NCBI GenBank assembly: GCA_046538435.1
Contig: JBKHIX010000001.1
Location: 184-64,183 of the forward strand
Length of the DNA stretch: 64,000 nt
Direction of reading: 5' to 3'
Source: Thermoplasmata archaeon
Lineage (GTDB): Archaea; Thermoplasmatota; Thermoplasmata; Halarchaeoplasmatales; Halarchaeoplasmataceae
A model generated the notes under the pieces. That model was given only the letters and a program-made list of their open reading frames with translations. It searched no databases and was not told where the DNA came from. Each line of letters begins with the position of its first letter. The first letter of the stretch is position 1. The translations under genes and the position numbers were made by a program. Shown here piece by piece: positions 10,400 to 19,559 of the stretch.

Positions 10400-11187
10400 T
10401 AGAATATTTTAAGATCGTTAAAGCCTTCCTTATCAGGGACTGGCAGAGAAGGTGGTCGTACAAATTAAATTTCATAGCTATGCTTCTTTATCCGATAATT
10501 TGGGTCAGCGTGTTCGCTCTTCTTGGAAAAACAGTAGATGAAGGAGGGGGTATGGGTGTTGCAGGAGGTTTCTCGACTTATATAGTAACCGGGATAATTA
10601 CATGGAGATTTATCCGCGTAGGATTCTTTGACTCCTCATGGAGTATCAGGTGGGAGCAGCATATAGGGACTTTCAAAAACATCTATATGATACCACATCA
10701 TCTTATTATTCCAGTTTCAGCAACTGCATTATCCGGTTTCACAGTTTCTCTATTGAACTTTGCTGAGATGTGGTTGGTAGCTGAATTCATATTTGGTATT
10801 CATCTAAATTTAACTATCGCTTCTTTTCTATTCTTGGTACTTGCATGGATGTCCATAATCGGATTCGGGTTCGTTATAGCAGGTATAGCAGTACTGTACA
10901 AAGAGATACAAGCGGTGTTCACAGTGGTATTTTTCTCTTTCCAATTCTTCTGCGGAGTTTTCTTCCCAATATCGGTATTACCCAAAGCAGCACAGTATGT
11001 GAGTAAAGTTATACCTATAACCTATGCATTACATGGAATAAGGGCGAGCATGAATCAAGGTTACATACCCACTAACGATCTTTTGATCATGCCTATTTCT
11101 GGATTAGTTGGATTTGCAATAGGATTGATTACATTGAATCTATGTTTGAAAAAAGCATTGAAAGAAGGAAAATTAGAAAGATACTGA
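10390..11187 (+). CDS. ABC-2 type transporter permease
   Basis: 265 aa polytopic membrane protein overlapping the ATPase stop; alternative TTG start. Confidence 0.65.
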   Translation: MDLIEYFKIVKAFLIRDWQRRWSYKLNFIAMLLYPIIWVSVFALLGKTVDEGGGMGVAGGFSTYIVTGIITWRFIRVGFFDSSWSIRWEQHIGTFKNIYMIPHHLIIPVSATALSGFTVSLLNFAEMWLVAEFIFGIHLNLTIASFLFLVLAWMSIIGFGFVIAGIAVLYKEIQAVFTVVFFSFQFFCGVFFPISVLPKAAQYVSKVIPITYALHGIRASMNQGYIPTNDLLIMPISGLVGFAIGLITLNLCLKKALKEGKLERY

Positions 11188-11216
11188 ATAGACTATTTTA
11201 TGTGATGAAAATAAAG

Positions 11217-11311
11217 TGCTCCTGGGGGGATTCGAACCCCCGTGATCGGCTGTCTTCGACAGTATCGGCCTCGAAAGGCCGAGATGATTGGCCGGACTAC
11301 ACCACAGGAGC
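11217..11311 (-). tRNA. tRNA-Glu(UUC) carrying a ~20-nt intron at the canonical 37/38 position (BHB-compatible)
   Basis: Reverse-complement reads GCTCCTG TG GTGT AGTCCGGCCAA TCAT C TCGGC CTTTCG|[AGGCCGATACTGTCGAAGAC]|A GCCGA TCAC GGGGG TTCGAAT CCCCC CAGGAGC A, followed by a T-run. 7-bp acceptor, G18G19, TTCGAAT T-loop. The 5' half closely matches archaeal tRNA-Glu as I recall it. Removing the 20 nt gives a 7-nt loop CUUUCGA. The intron fits helix-bulge(3)-helix(4)-bulge(3). Confidence 0.6.
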
Positions 11312-11400
11312 AAATTACGATGTAATTTGCGACTTAGAGGAATCCATGATTCCTCGCTAGGAGCAAAGATGAACAAAGTAAATCTTTGCGAGTTATAATA
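11312..11400 (-). other. three consecutive perfect or near-perfect hairpins in the 5' leader of the tRNA gene
   Basis: On the minus strand: CAAAGAT...ATCTTTG (flanked by CTCGC/GCGAG), GAGGAATC-ATG-GATTCCTC, and GCAAATTAC-ATC-GTAATTTGC, whose 3' arm abuts tRNA position 1. Confidence 0.4.
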
Positions 11401-11540
11401 TCAACACCATCCATAAAGGACAGCACTACCCGTTATAACAAAGGGAATATAAACTTTTTGTCTGGGCGTGTGTAAAAAGAAAGAAGGATAAATATCTTTC
11501 TATTCTACCCCTAACATTAGCCCGAAAAACTTATAGTCAT

Positions 11541-12662
11541 TTGCACGTTTTCACAGGCGGTGGTTATTTGAATCAAGATCCCTTCATTTACGCTCATGAA
11601 AAAGAGGAAGAAGTAATCTGGATGAGTCAAAATACTAATCAATTAGAAACAACTCCAAAGATACAAGAAGAATTAAAAAAAGCTGTGGATAAGAAAAAGT
11701 ACAACCTATATCCCTATAAACAGGGGATTTTAGGCCTTAAACAGTTGGTCTTAGAAGATATTGGACTAACAGAGGGGTTCGATAATATAATCAATAATGG
11801 AGCTGTTGAATCCACCTATCTGCTTACTAGAGCACTATTAGACAAAGGTGATCATGTTATAGCATCAGATCCAAGCTTTATGCCTATCCATCATCAAATC
11901 GAATTGACCAATGCAGACCTAACTGAAATAGACATTTATAAGGACGATTATAAAATGAGTGTCAACGAAGTAAATGAAGCAGTCAATAAATATACTGAGA
12001 TGATTTTATTTATCGATCCTCTAAATCCATTAGGGTCTTCTTATAATAGAAAGGAAGTCAAAGGAATATCTGAAATTGCGGAAGATAATGATATCTGGCT
12101 TATCGATGATATCACATATCGGGATTTTGCTTATGAACACACTTTGACGACTGAATTCTATCCTGAAAAAACGTTATTAGTATATTCATTCTCTAAAAAC
12201 TGTGGTTTCGCGGGTATGCGTCTAGGCTCACTCATCATGCCTGAAGAGTATTCTGAAGAACTGCATAAATGGAGACCTAATGTATTATCAGCAAACGTAC
12301 TAGCACAAGTCGCAGCTAAAGCAGCCCTTGAAACCAAGGACCTATGGATTGATGATATGGTCGAGCAGGCTAGGAAAAATCAGGCCATCATCAAAGATGC
12401 CGTTGATAAAATCCCAGATCTAAAACTGCCAGTTTATCCCTCATCGACTAACATGTTTGTCATAGATGTGGAAGAAACAGGTTTAGACCCGCAAGAGATA
12501 CAGGAAAAACTTCTCTATGAACACGATATCTTTGTACGAGGTGGAAACTATCTCTCAAAGAAATCCGGACACAAGTTTGTCAGAGTTTCCTTTACTGTGC
12601 CTGAAGATGAATGCAGAGAGTTCGCTGAAAAATTACCTATCGTTATCGATGAATTAAGATGA
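11541..12662 (+). CDS. class I/II PLP-dependent aminotransferase
   Basis: SFSKNCGFAGMRLG Lys motif and the aminotransferase I/II fold pattern. The likely true start is ATG 11622 (MSQNT...), preceded by GAGGAAG. Confidence 0.75.
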   Translation: MHVFTGGGYLNQDPFIYAHEKEEEVIWMSQNTNQLETTPKIQEELKKAVDKKKYNLYPYKQGILGLKQLVLEDIGLTEGFDNIINNGAVESTYLLTRALLDKGDHVIASDPSFMPIHHQIELTNADLTEIDIYKDDYKMSVNEVNEAVNKYTEMILFIDPLNPLGSSYNRKEVKGISEIAEDNDIWLIDDITYRDFAYEHTLTTEFYPEKTLLVYSFSKNCGFAGMRLGSLIMPEEYSEELHKWRPNVLSANVLAQVAAKAALETKDLWIDDMVEQARKNQAIIKDAVDKIPDLKLPVYPSSTNMFVIDVEETGLDPQEIQEKLLYEHDIFVRGGNYLSKKSGHKFVRVSFTVPEDECREFAEKLPIVIDELR

Positions 12663-13312
12663 ATCTAAAACCTCTAACAGATGGTGTATACAAAGACAAC
12701 AGTGATATCTATACAATGAACCTGGTTCCAGGTGAGAATGTATACGGTGAAGACCTGATAGAGGAAGATGATTTTGAATACAGAAAGTGGGACCCAAAGA
12801 GAAGTAAAATTGGTGCATATTTAAAAAAGACAGACTTTTTACCAATCACTTACGAAATTAATAGTCTATATCTAGGCGCTGGAGATGGCACTACAGTAAG
12901 TCACCTTTCAGATATAGTTACACATGGAAAAATATTTGCTGTTGAAATGGCTAGAAACCCATATAGAAAACTTCTAAATCTCTCTGAAAAAAGAAAAAAT
13001 ATATTTCCAATAATGGCTGACGCACATAATACTCACAAATATTCAGATATCATCCAAAAAGTAGATTTTCTATATCAAGATATTTCACAGAGGGACCAGA
13101 CCGAGATATTCATCAAAAACACCAGATTTCTTAAAAACGATCATTACGGTTTCTTGGCAGTAAAGTCCAGGAGTATAGATGTAAGCAAGAAACCAGAAAA
13201 GATATATCATGAAGTAGAAAAAAAGCTAAAAAACGCGGGTTTAAAAGTGAAAGATAAGGTAGATATCAGTCGATGGCAGAAGGGCCATGCAGTTATAATT
13301 GTTAAAAATTAA
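12659..13312 (+). CDS. flpA: fibrillarin-like rRNA/tRNA 2'-O-methyltransferase
   Basis: 217 aa; YRKWDPKRSKIGA..., LYLGAGDGTTVSHLSDIV SAM motif, PIMADAH, the full-length fibrillarin pattern; the start overlaps the upstream stop (ATGA). Confidence 0.9.
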   Translation: MNLKPLTDGVYKDNSDIYTMNLVPGENVYGEDLIEEDDFEYRKWDPKRSKIGAYLKKTDFLPITYEINSLYLGAGDGTTVSHLSDIVTHGKIFAVEMARNPYRKLLNLSEKRKNIFPIMADAHNTHKYSDIIQKVDFLYQDISQRDQTEIFIKNTRFLKNDHYGFLAVKSRSIDVSKKPEKIYHEVEKKLKNAGLKVKDKVDISRWQKGHAVIIVKN

Positions 13313-13360
13313 CCGGAAATATTCAAAAGTTATTTTATACCATCATCATATACCAATTCA

Positions 13361-14095
13361 ATGAGTCGGTGGAAGTTAAAGGAGGATGAATTTTTTTCGA
13401 CAATCTGGGGCAAGTTATTTTTATTTATCACCCCATTTGCTATCGCTGCTCTTTATATTTCTTTGCTATACGTAATGATATTTGATAAATCAATATTCTG
13501 GATCACCGGAGGAGGGATGTTTGCATATTTTTTTCCACCTGCAGGTAAAGAAAGTGTGATTCCTATTACAATCACTACATTAAGAGCTAGTAAATACGGA
13601 TTATCCGAAACTGCAATTATCACTTTGGTTTCAGGTTCTATAGCTTTCGTCGATACTGTTACATCCTATTTCCTTTTATGGAACTTCTACATAGCTGAAA
13701 AGATACCTCTGATCGGTAAGTGGATCAAAAGATTCGAAGAATTTGGAGCTCAAAAGATGAAGGAAAAAGGCTGGATATCAAAAATCGCATTTGTAGGAGT
13801 TGCCTTATTCGTAGTCTTTCCTTTCCAGGGAAGTGGAGGTGTCGGTGGATCAATCCTAGGTAAAGTGATTGGTATGAATAAATATCAGGCATGGTTCGCA
13901 ATAATGAGCGGGTCATTTATAGGATGTTTTATTTTTGGTATAATTTCATATTATCTTGGAGGTGCCGTTTTGAATGCTTTCAAAACCAACGTGTTCAAAG
14001 GTGTTGGTTTGTTGATACTAATAATCGCAGTATTTATATTCCTTTATTATTTCTCTAAAAATCACGTATTAGAAAAAAAGGAAAAGAAGGTGTGA
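13361..14095 (+). CDS. hypothetical polytopic membrane protein
   Basis: 244 aa, with about 6 predicted hydrophobic helices; no confident family assignment. Confidence 0.4.
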   Translation: MSRWKLKEDEFFSTIWGKLFLFITPFAIAALYISLLYVMIFDKSIFWITGGGMFAYFFPPAGKESVIPITITTLRASKYGLSETAIITLVSGSIAFVDTVTSYFLLWNFYIAEKIPLIGKWIKRFEEFGAQKMKEKGWISKIAFVGVALFVVFPFQGSGGVGGSILGKVIGMNKYQAWFAIMSGSFIGCFIFGIISYYLGGAVLNAFKTNVFKGVGLLILIIAVFIFLYYFSKNHVLEKKEKKV

Positions 14096-14097
14096 AA

Positions 14098-15063
14098 ATG
14101 GAATTGAAAGATAGAACTATATTGGTCACAGGTGCAGCTGGTTTTATAGGTTGTCATCTTTGTGATGAACTGGTCAAAGAAAACGAAGTGATCGGATATG
14201 ATAACCTATCCTCAGGAAAGAAAGAGATGGTAGAACATCTTTTTGATCATGATAATTTTGAACTCGTGATAGCTGATTGTTTAGACGAGGATTCTTTAGA
14301 TGAGCAGATGAAAAAATGCGATATGGTATTTCATCTAGCTGCCAATCCAGATGTTAGAGTGGGTGCAGAAGATACGTATGTACATCTAGACCAGAACATA
14401 ATAGCGACCTACAAAGTTCTTGATTCAATGAGAAAAAACGATGTGAAGGATATTATTTTCACATCTACATCTACCGTTTATGGAGAAACCGATGTTATAC
14501 CAACTCCTGAAGATTTAGGACCACTTAAACCCATATCGCTTTACGGAGCGTCTAAACTGAGCTGTGAATCTCTGATCTCTGGTTACTGCTACACGTTCGA
14601 TATGAATTCTGTTTCATTCCGTTTCGCTAACGTTGTTGGACCAAGAAGCACACACGGTGTCACCTACGACTTTGTTAATAAGTTGAAGGAAAATCCAAAT
14701 GAATTAGAGATTTTAGGAAGCCCGCCAGGAACTAGAAAATCTTACTTCTACATATCAGATTGTATAGACGGCATGATCCATGCAGTTAAAAATGCTGAAG
14801 ATCAGGTTGAATATTTCAATCTTGGATCTGAAGACTATATTAATGTGAAAGAAATCGCAGATATTGTAACAAGAGAAATGGACCTTGAAGATGTCGAATA
14901 CAATTGGACTGGTGGAGTAGACGGTGGCCGTGGCTGGAAAGGCGATGTAAAAGTGATGAGATTATCCATTGAAAAGATGAAAGAAATAGGTTGGGAACCA
15001 GAATACAATAGCGCAGAATCTATAGCTCTAACCACAAGATCGCTATTAGATGATCGAGCTTAA
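14098..15063 (+). CDS. NAD-dependent epimerase/dehydratase (UDP-sugar 4-epimerase-like)
   Basis: ILVTGAAGFIG Rossmann motif and the SDR-extended YxxxK region; the track start at 14092 is a GTG, and the ATG lies at 14098. Confidence 0.85.
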   Translation: MELKDRTILVTGAAGFIGCHLCDELVKENEVIGYDNLSSGKKEMVEHLFDHDNFELVIADCLDEDSLDEQMKKCDMVFHLAANPDVRVGAEDTYVHLDQNIIATYKVLDSMRKNDVKDIIFTSTSTVYGETDVIPTPEDLGPLKPISLYGASKLSCESLISGYCYTFDMNSVSFRFANVVGPRSTHGVTYDFVNKLKENPNELEILGSPPGTRKSYFYISDCIDGMIHAVKNAEDQVEYFNLGSEDYINVKEIADIVTREMDLEDVEYNWTGGVDGGRGWKGDVKVMRLSIEKMKEIGWEPEYNSAESIALTTRSLLDDRA

Positions 15064-15378
15064 TATATTAGCCGGTTTGGCCATCAACAGTGCTACACCT
15101 AAGCAGCTCAAGAAATATATGTAATACATTATCGTGTACTTTTTATCCTCTATTTTATCAAACATTTCCTTTCCTGTCATACATTTACCACCAAAACGTC
15201 ATATCTATGTCAGACACTTTAATAACAAACTTTATCTTATTTATATTTTTCCTAATTATAACAGATAATTCAGATAAATATCAGTATTTTGAAAACATAA
15301 ATCGAAGTAAAATCACTATAAAACACCAAAAAAATATAAGTATTTAAATTACTATCTCAAGTTAGTAGAGGAATCTGA

Positions 15379-15537
15379 ATGGATAAGAAAATCCATAAGA
15401 AGATTGATAAGAGAGATGAATCCGTAACCATCAATGATATTCAGGAAATTATTAAAGAGATTCAAGAAGAGCATCCTGATAGAGATGTATTCTTTGATGG
15501 AGATGAGTACGCCATATGCAGTAGAAAGAAGGAATGA
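15379..15537 (+). CDS. small hypothetical protein (52 aa) immediately upstream of IPK
   Basis: Manual translation: MDKKIHKKIDKRDESVTINDIQEIIKEIQEEHPDRDVFFDGDEYAICSRKKE; preceded by GAGGAA; coding status unproven. Confidence 0.25.
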   Translation: MDKKIHKKIDKRDESVTINDIQEIIKEIQEEHPDRDVFFDGDEYAICSRKKE

Positions 15538-15543
15538 TGATCC

Positions 15544-16299
15544 TTGATTTTGATAAAGTTAGGAGGAAGTGTTTTAACTTATAAAAATAGACCGTATTCG
15601 TTTAAAAGAGAAACACTAAAAAGATTAACCGATGAGATAGTACGTTCAGATATCGAAGATCTCATTTTAGTTCATGGAGGTGGGAGTTTTGGGCACCCTG
15701 GTGCAGAGAAATACGATTTAAATTCAGAAAATCCACTCGATATCGAAGAAGGTACTGCTAAAGTGCAGAGAGATATGCGTATCATGAATAATCATGTTCT
15801 AGAAATCATGCATGAAAAGGGAGTATGGGCTGTTTCACTTCCTGGTGGTCTTGTTACTACGTACAAAAACGGTAAGTTGATCGATTTTAACGAAGAGATC
15901 TTCGAAAGGTACCTATCTATAGGTACTGTACCAATCTCCTTTGGTGATGTTGCCTTTGATGAAGATAGAAAAGTTACAATCTGCTCAGGGGATGACATCA
16001 TGCTTTCGCTTGCAGATAAAGCTGATAAATCAATATTCGTAGCAAATGTAGATGGCGTCTTCAAAAACGGTAAATTAGTTGAAACATTTACAAAGGAAAT
16101 GTTCCCTCTTGAACCTGAAGATTTCGACTCTGAAGGAACTTCAATCGATGTCACTGGAGGGATGAATAAAAAGGTAAAAAAGATGCTGGAAATGTCGAAA
16201 TATTGTCCCACTTATGTGGTAAATGGATCTGAGAAAGAGAGATTATATAAACTACTTAACAATGAGAGTACAACTTGCACGGAGGTAAAGTATGATTGA
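15544..16299 (+). CDS. ipk: isopentenyl phosphate kinase
   Basis: Amino-acid-kinase fold with LIKLGGSVLT...VHGGGSFGH, characteristic of archaeal IPK; TTG start. Confidence 0.8.
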   Translation: MILIKLGGSVLTYKNRPYSFKRETLKRLTDEIVRSDIEDLILVHGGGSFGHPGAEKYDLNSENPLDIEEGTAKVQRDMRIMNNHVLEIMHEKGVWAVSLPGGLVTTYKNGKLIDFNEEIFERYLSIGTVPISFGDVAFDEDRKVTICSGDDIMLSLADKADKSIFVANVDGVFKNGKLVETFTKEMFPLEPEDFDSEGTSIDVTGGMNKKVKKMLEMSKYCPTYVVNGSEKERLYKLLNNESTTCTEVKYD

Positions 16300-17335
16300 A
16301 TCCCGGAAAGAAGACCATATCAGAATCTGCTTAAATGAAGATGTTGAGATCGAAAATAATTACTGGGAGGATGTTAAATTATTCCATAATTCAGCTCCAG
16401 AAATTGATCTAGAGGATATCGAGCTAGAAGTCGAATTTTTGAATAAAAAATTAAAAGCTCCTTTGATGATAGCCGGGATCACAGGTGGATATAAGGGAGC
16501 AACAAATATCAACAAAATTTTAGCTGCTGCCGCTGAAGAAGTTGGTATTGGGATAGGTGTGGGAAGCCAAAGGGCTATTATAGAAAATGAAGATCTGAGA
16601 GATACTTATGAAGTTATCAAAGATTATGATGTTCCATTGGTAATAGGTAACATAGGAGCACCTCAACTTATTAAACAGGATGGTGAAGAACCATTATCTA
16701 ATGACCAGGCAAAAGAAGCTCTGAAAATGATCGATGGGGATTATCTGGGCATACATTTCAATTATTTACAGGAGGTCTGCCAACCAGAAGGTGATCTTAG
16801 AGCAAAGAATGTTTTAGATTCAGTAGAAAAAATCGCTTCCGAAGTTCCAGTGATAGCAAAAGAAACTGGAGGAGGTGTTTACTCTGATGTCGCTGTCAAA
16901 CTTGAAAAAGCGGGTGTTAAAGCTATCGACGTCGGTGGTATGGGTGGCACATCATTTGCAGCAGTTGAACATTATAGAGCTGATGATGAAACTATAAAAG
17001 AATTATCAGAAAATCTCTGGGACTGGGGGATACCAACACCTGTTTCTATCATAGAATGTAACAGAAGCGTGTCTATACCTTTGATAGGAACTGGTGGTAT
17101 AAGAAATGGAATCGAAGCAGCTAAAGCACTCAGTCTTGGTGCTGATATTGTCGGTATAGCAGGCGGGATACTACCATCTCTTATGGAAGGAAAGAAAGCT
17201 ACCGTTGAATATTTAGAGAAATTCATCTATCATATGAAAGTTGGATTATTTTTACTAGGTTGTCATAAGCCGAAAGAACTCACCAAACAAAAATTAGTTT
17301 TAACTGGTGAATTAAGAGATTGGGTAGATATCTAA
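16292..17335 (+). CDS. fni: isopentenyl-diphosphate delta-isomerase type 2 (FMN-dependent)
   Basis: 347 aa TIM-barrel; VGSQRA and GGTS/GGIRNG motifs of IDI-2. Confidence 0.85.
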   Translation: MIESRKEDHIRICLNEDVEIENNYWEDVKLFHNSAPEIDLEDIELEVEFLNKKLKAPLMIAGITGGYKGATNINKILAAAAEEVGIGIGVGSQRAIIENEDLRDTYEVIKDYDVPLVIGNIGAPQLIKQDGEEPLSNDQAKEALKMIDGDYLGIHFNYLQEVCQPEGDLRAKNVLDSVEKIASEVPVIAKETGGGVYSDVAVKLEKAGVKAIDVGGMGGTSFAAVEHYRADDETIKELSENLWDWGIPTPVSIIECNRSVSIPLIGTGGIRNGIEAAKALSLGADIVGIAGGILPSLMEGKKATVEYLEKFIYHMKVGLFLLGCHKPKELTKQKLVLTGELRDWVDI

Positions 17336-17362
17336 ATATAGTACCAAATAGAGGTGAGAAAA

Positions 17363-18346
17363 ATGAATGTTATAGAGGAATTAGAAGAAAGAAGAGTTAT
17401 TGTTGATAAAAAAATCGAAAGTGTTTTTGTAGATTCAAAAAAACATCCCTTATGGGACTCCATGTCTTACTACCCTGAGGCAGGGGGTAAAAAACTCAGA
17501 CCTTTCTTAGCGATGATCTCAGCAGGTGCACTTGGTGCAGAGGAAGAAAAAGCTCTACCCTACGGAGTAGCTATTGAACTCGTTCATAATTTCACCCTTG
17601 TTCACGACGACATCATGGATGATGATGAGATGAGAAGGGGACAGAAAACACTTCATAAAAAAATCGGTGACGCTCACGCCATAAATGCCGGCGACGGCCT
17701 TTTTGCTCTTTCGTTCAAAATCTTATCAGAAACTGATGTCCCGGGAGAAAGCATTAGAAAATTATTAGAAGAACTTTCGAACTCAGTTGTCGTTGTTGCT
17801 GAGGGTCAGGAAGAAGACATGAGTTTTGAAGAGACATTCGATATAAATGAGGAAGAATTCATAACGATGATAGAAAAGAAAACAAGTTATCTATTCAAAG
17901 CTGCCACTAGAGGTGGAGCGATAATTGCTGATGCTGATCATGATGAAATCGAGCATATGAGTGAATACGCTAGAAAGATGGGGATAGCGTTTCAGATCCA
18001 GGACGATTATTTAGATTTAGTAGGTGATCAAGAAGAGATAGGTAAGGACGTAGGAAGTGACATAAAGAGAGGGAAAAGAACCTTGATGGTTATCCATGCG
18101 ATACATAGCCTTGATGAAGACAAAAAAAATAGATTGATACATATATTAGAAAAAAATGACAATTCGACAGATGAAGTCGAGGAGGCCATGGAGCTGATGA
18201 AATCTGTAGGATCCATCGATCACGCAAAAAAAATGGCTGAAAAATACGGGACAGAAGCAAAAAAGGAGTTAGAGTTCTTACCAGGATCAGAATACAAAGA
18301 GATACTAATCTCTCTTGTCGATTTCATGATCAATAGAAACAAGTGA
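17363..18346 (+). CDS. geranylgeranyl diphosphate synthase (short-chain trans-prenyltransferase)
   Basis: First DDIMD and second DDYLD aspartate-rich motifs; the track start at 17354 is a GTG, and the ATG lies at 17363. Confidence 0.85.
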   Translation: MNVIEELEERRVIVDKKIESVFVDSKKHPLWDSMSYYPEAGGKKLRPFLAMISAGALGAEEEKALPYGVAIELVHNFTLVHDDIMDDDEMRRGQKTLHKKIGDAHAINAGDGLFALSFKILSETDVPGESIRKLLEELSNSVVVVAEGQEEDMSFEETFDINEEEFITMIEKKTSYLFKAATRGGAIIADADHDEIEHMSEYARKMGIAFQIQDDYLDLVGDQEEIGKDVGSDIKRGKRTLMVIHAIHSLDEDKKNRLIHILEKNDNSTDEVEEAMELMKSVGSIDHAKKMAEKYGTEAKKELEFLPGSEYKEILISLVDFMINRNK

Positions 18347-18350
18347 TATC

Positions 18351-18890
18351 TCAGTCCAATTTATCAAAAAGTATGTCTTTAGCGTAAAAAAGGGCGATCA
18401 TAGTATGAGGATGAGATAATTCCCTATTCTCCAATTTTTTGTAGATCTTTTTAATAGGTATTATCTTTATTTCTATCTCTTCACCTTTATCTCTATTAAT
18501 TTTTCCACCTTCTTCTGCATCACCTATGAACAGATGAGCCTTCTGCGTATTTAAACTAGCTATAGGGTGATATTCAACTAATTTTTCTGCATCTTTCAGT
18601 ATATAACCTGTTTCTTCCTCTAATTCTCTCTCAGCTGTTTCTATCGGTGATTCTTCTTCATCGATCAATCCTGCCGGTAACTCTAGGACCATCTCATCTA
18701 TAGGATATCTGTAATTTTTGATCATAACCATTTTATCATCTACAACCGGAAGAACACCTGCAAAATCAGGTATCTCAAGCATAGTATAAGTTTTAAGTTG
18801 ACCATCAGGAAGTCTTACATCATCTTCCTCTAGGGTGAAAAACGTGGAATCCGCCACCTTTCTCGATTCTATCTTTTTCCATCTACCCAT
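18351..18890 (-). CDS. NUDIX hydrolase (ADP-ribose pyrophosphatase-like)
   Basis: Nudix box GLIDEEESPIETAERELEEETG. Confidence 0.8.
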   Translation of the reverse strand: MGRWKKIESRKVADSTFFTLEEDDVRLPDGQLKTYTMLEIPDFAGVLPVVDDKMVMIKNYRYPIDEMVLELPAGLIDEEESPIETAERELEEETGYILKDAEKLVEYHPIASLNTQKAHLFIGDAEEGGKINRDKGEEIEIKIIPIKKIYKKLENRELSHPHTMIALFYAKDILFDKLD

Positions 18891-18924
18891 GATTTCGTAA
18901 ATCTCATGTTGATAATAGTTTTTT

Positions 18925-19506
18925 TCATAAAAAGAATATCTCTATCAGGAATGCTATCCCTAAAATTATGAAAAGTATTGACGCAATTAAATCAATCTTA
19001 TCCTTTTCAATGAACTTAGTTAATTTTGTACCCAGAAAAACACCTGCACCAATTACCAACGCCAAAGCTGTTATCGCACCAATAAATACAAGATATGGAT
19101 TTTGAAATCTCGCAGTTAATGCTATAACGACCAACTGTGTTTTATCACCTAATTCTGCAACCATTGCTAAAAAGAAAGAGGTTGTGAAAACTTTCTGCTT
19201 CTTAACTTTTCTTTTTGTTTCCTGTTCCTCTTTGATGAGTGACAGTACACCAAATATCAAAAAAATCAAAGCTGCCAATATCTTCAGATGAAATACAGGG
19301 ATGACCTGATATAATATGGTCCCTACAGTTACCCCTATGACTGTGATCACACACATCCCCAAAAATATACCCCAAAATACTGGACGATAATGATACTTGG
19401 ATGCTAATGAGATCGTCATTAGTTGTGATTTATCGCCTAATTCTGCTAAGAAGACGATTGCAAAGGTAGACAATAAGATCAGTAAACTATTCATACATAT
19501 ATCCAC
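18925..19506 (-). CDS. UPF0016 / GDT1-TMEM165 family membrane protein (putative cation/H+ exchanger)
   Basis: Two repeats of the E-x-G-D-K-[ST] motif (AELGDKSQ, AELGDKTQ). Confidence 0.75.
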   Translation of the reverse strand: MDICMNSLLILLSTFAIVFLAELGDKSQLMTISLASKYHYRPVFWGIFLGMCVITVIGVTVGTILYQVIPVFHLKILAALIFLIFGVLSLIKEEQETKRKVKKQKVFTTSFFLAMVAELGDKTQLVVIALTARFQNPYLVFIGAITALALVIGAGVFLGTKLTKFIEKDKIDLIASILFIILGIAFLIEIFFL

Positions 19507-19559
19507 AAATTATTTTTGAATTAATACTTTTCTATTCTACATTAAAAAGACAGACATAG

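Noticed and set aside
11217-11311. Reading the tRNA as a type-II (Ser/Leu) or 8-nt-loop suppressor tRNA
   Set aside because: The duplicated GCCGA and a clean BHB geometry make a spliced 75-nt tRNA-Glu(UUC) the more parsimonious reading. The D-arm and acceptor match tRNA-Glu, not Ser/Leu.
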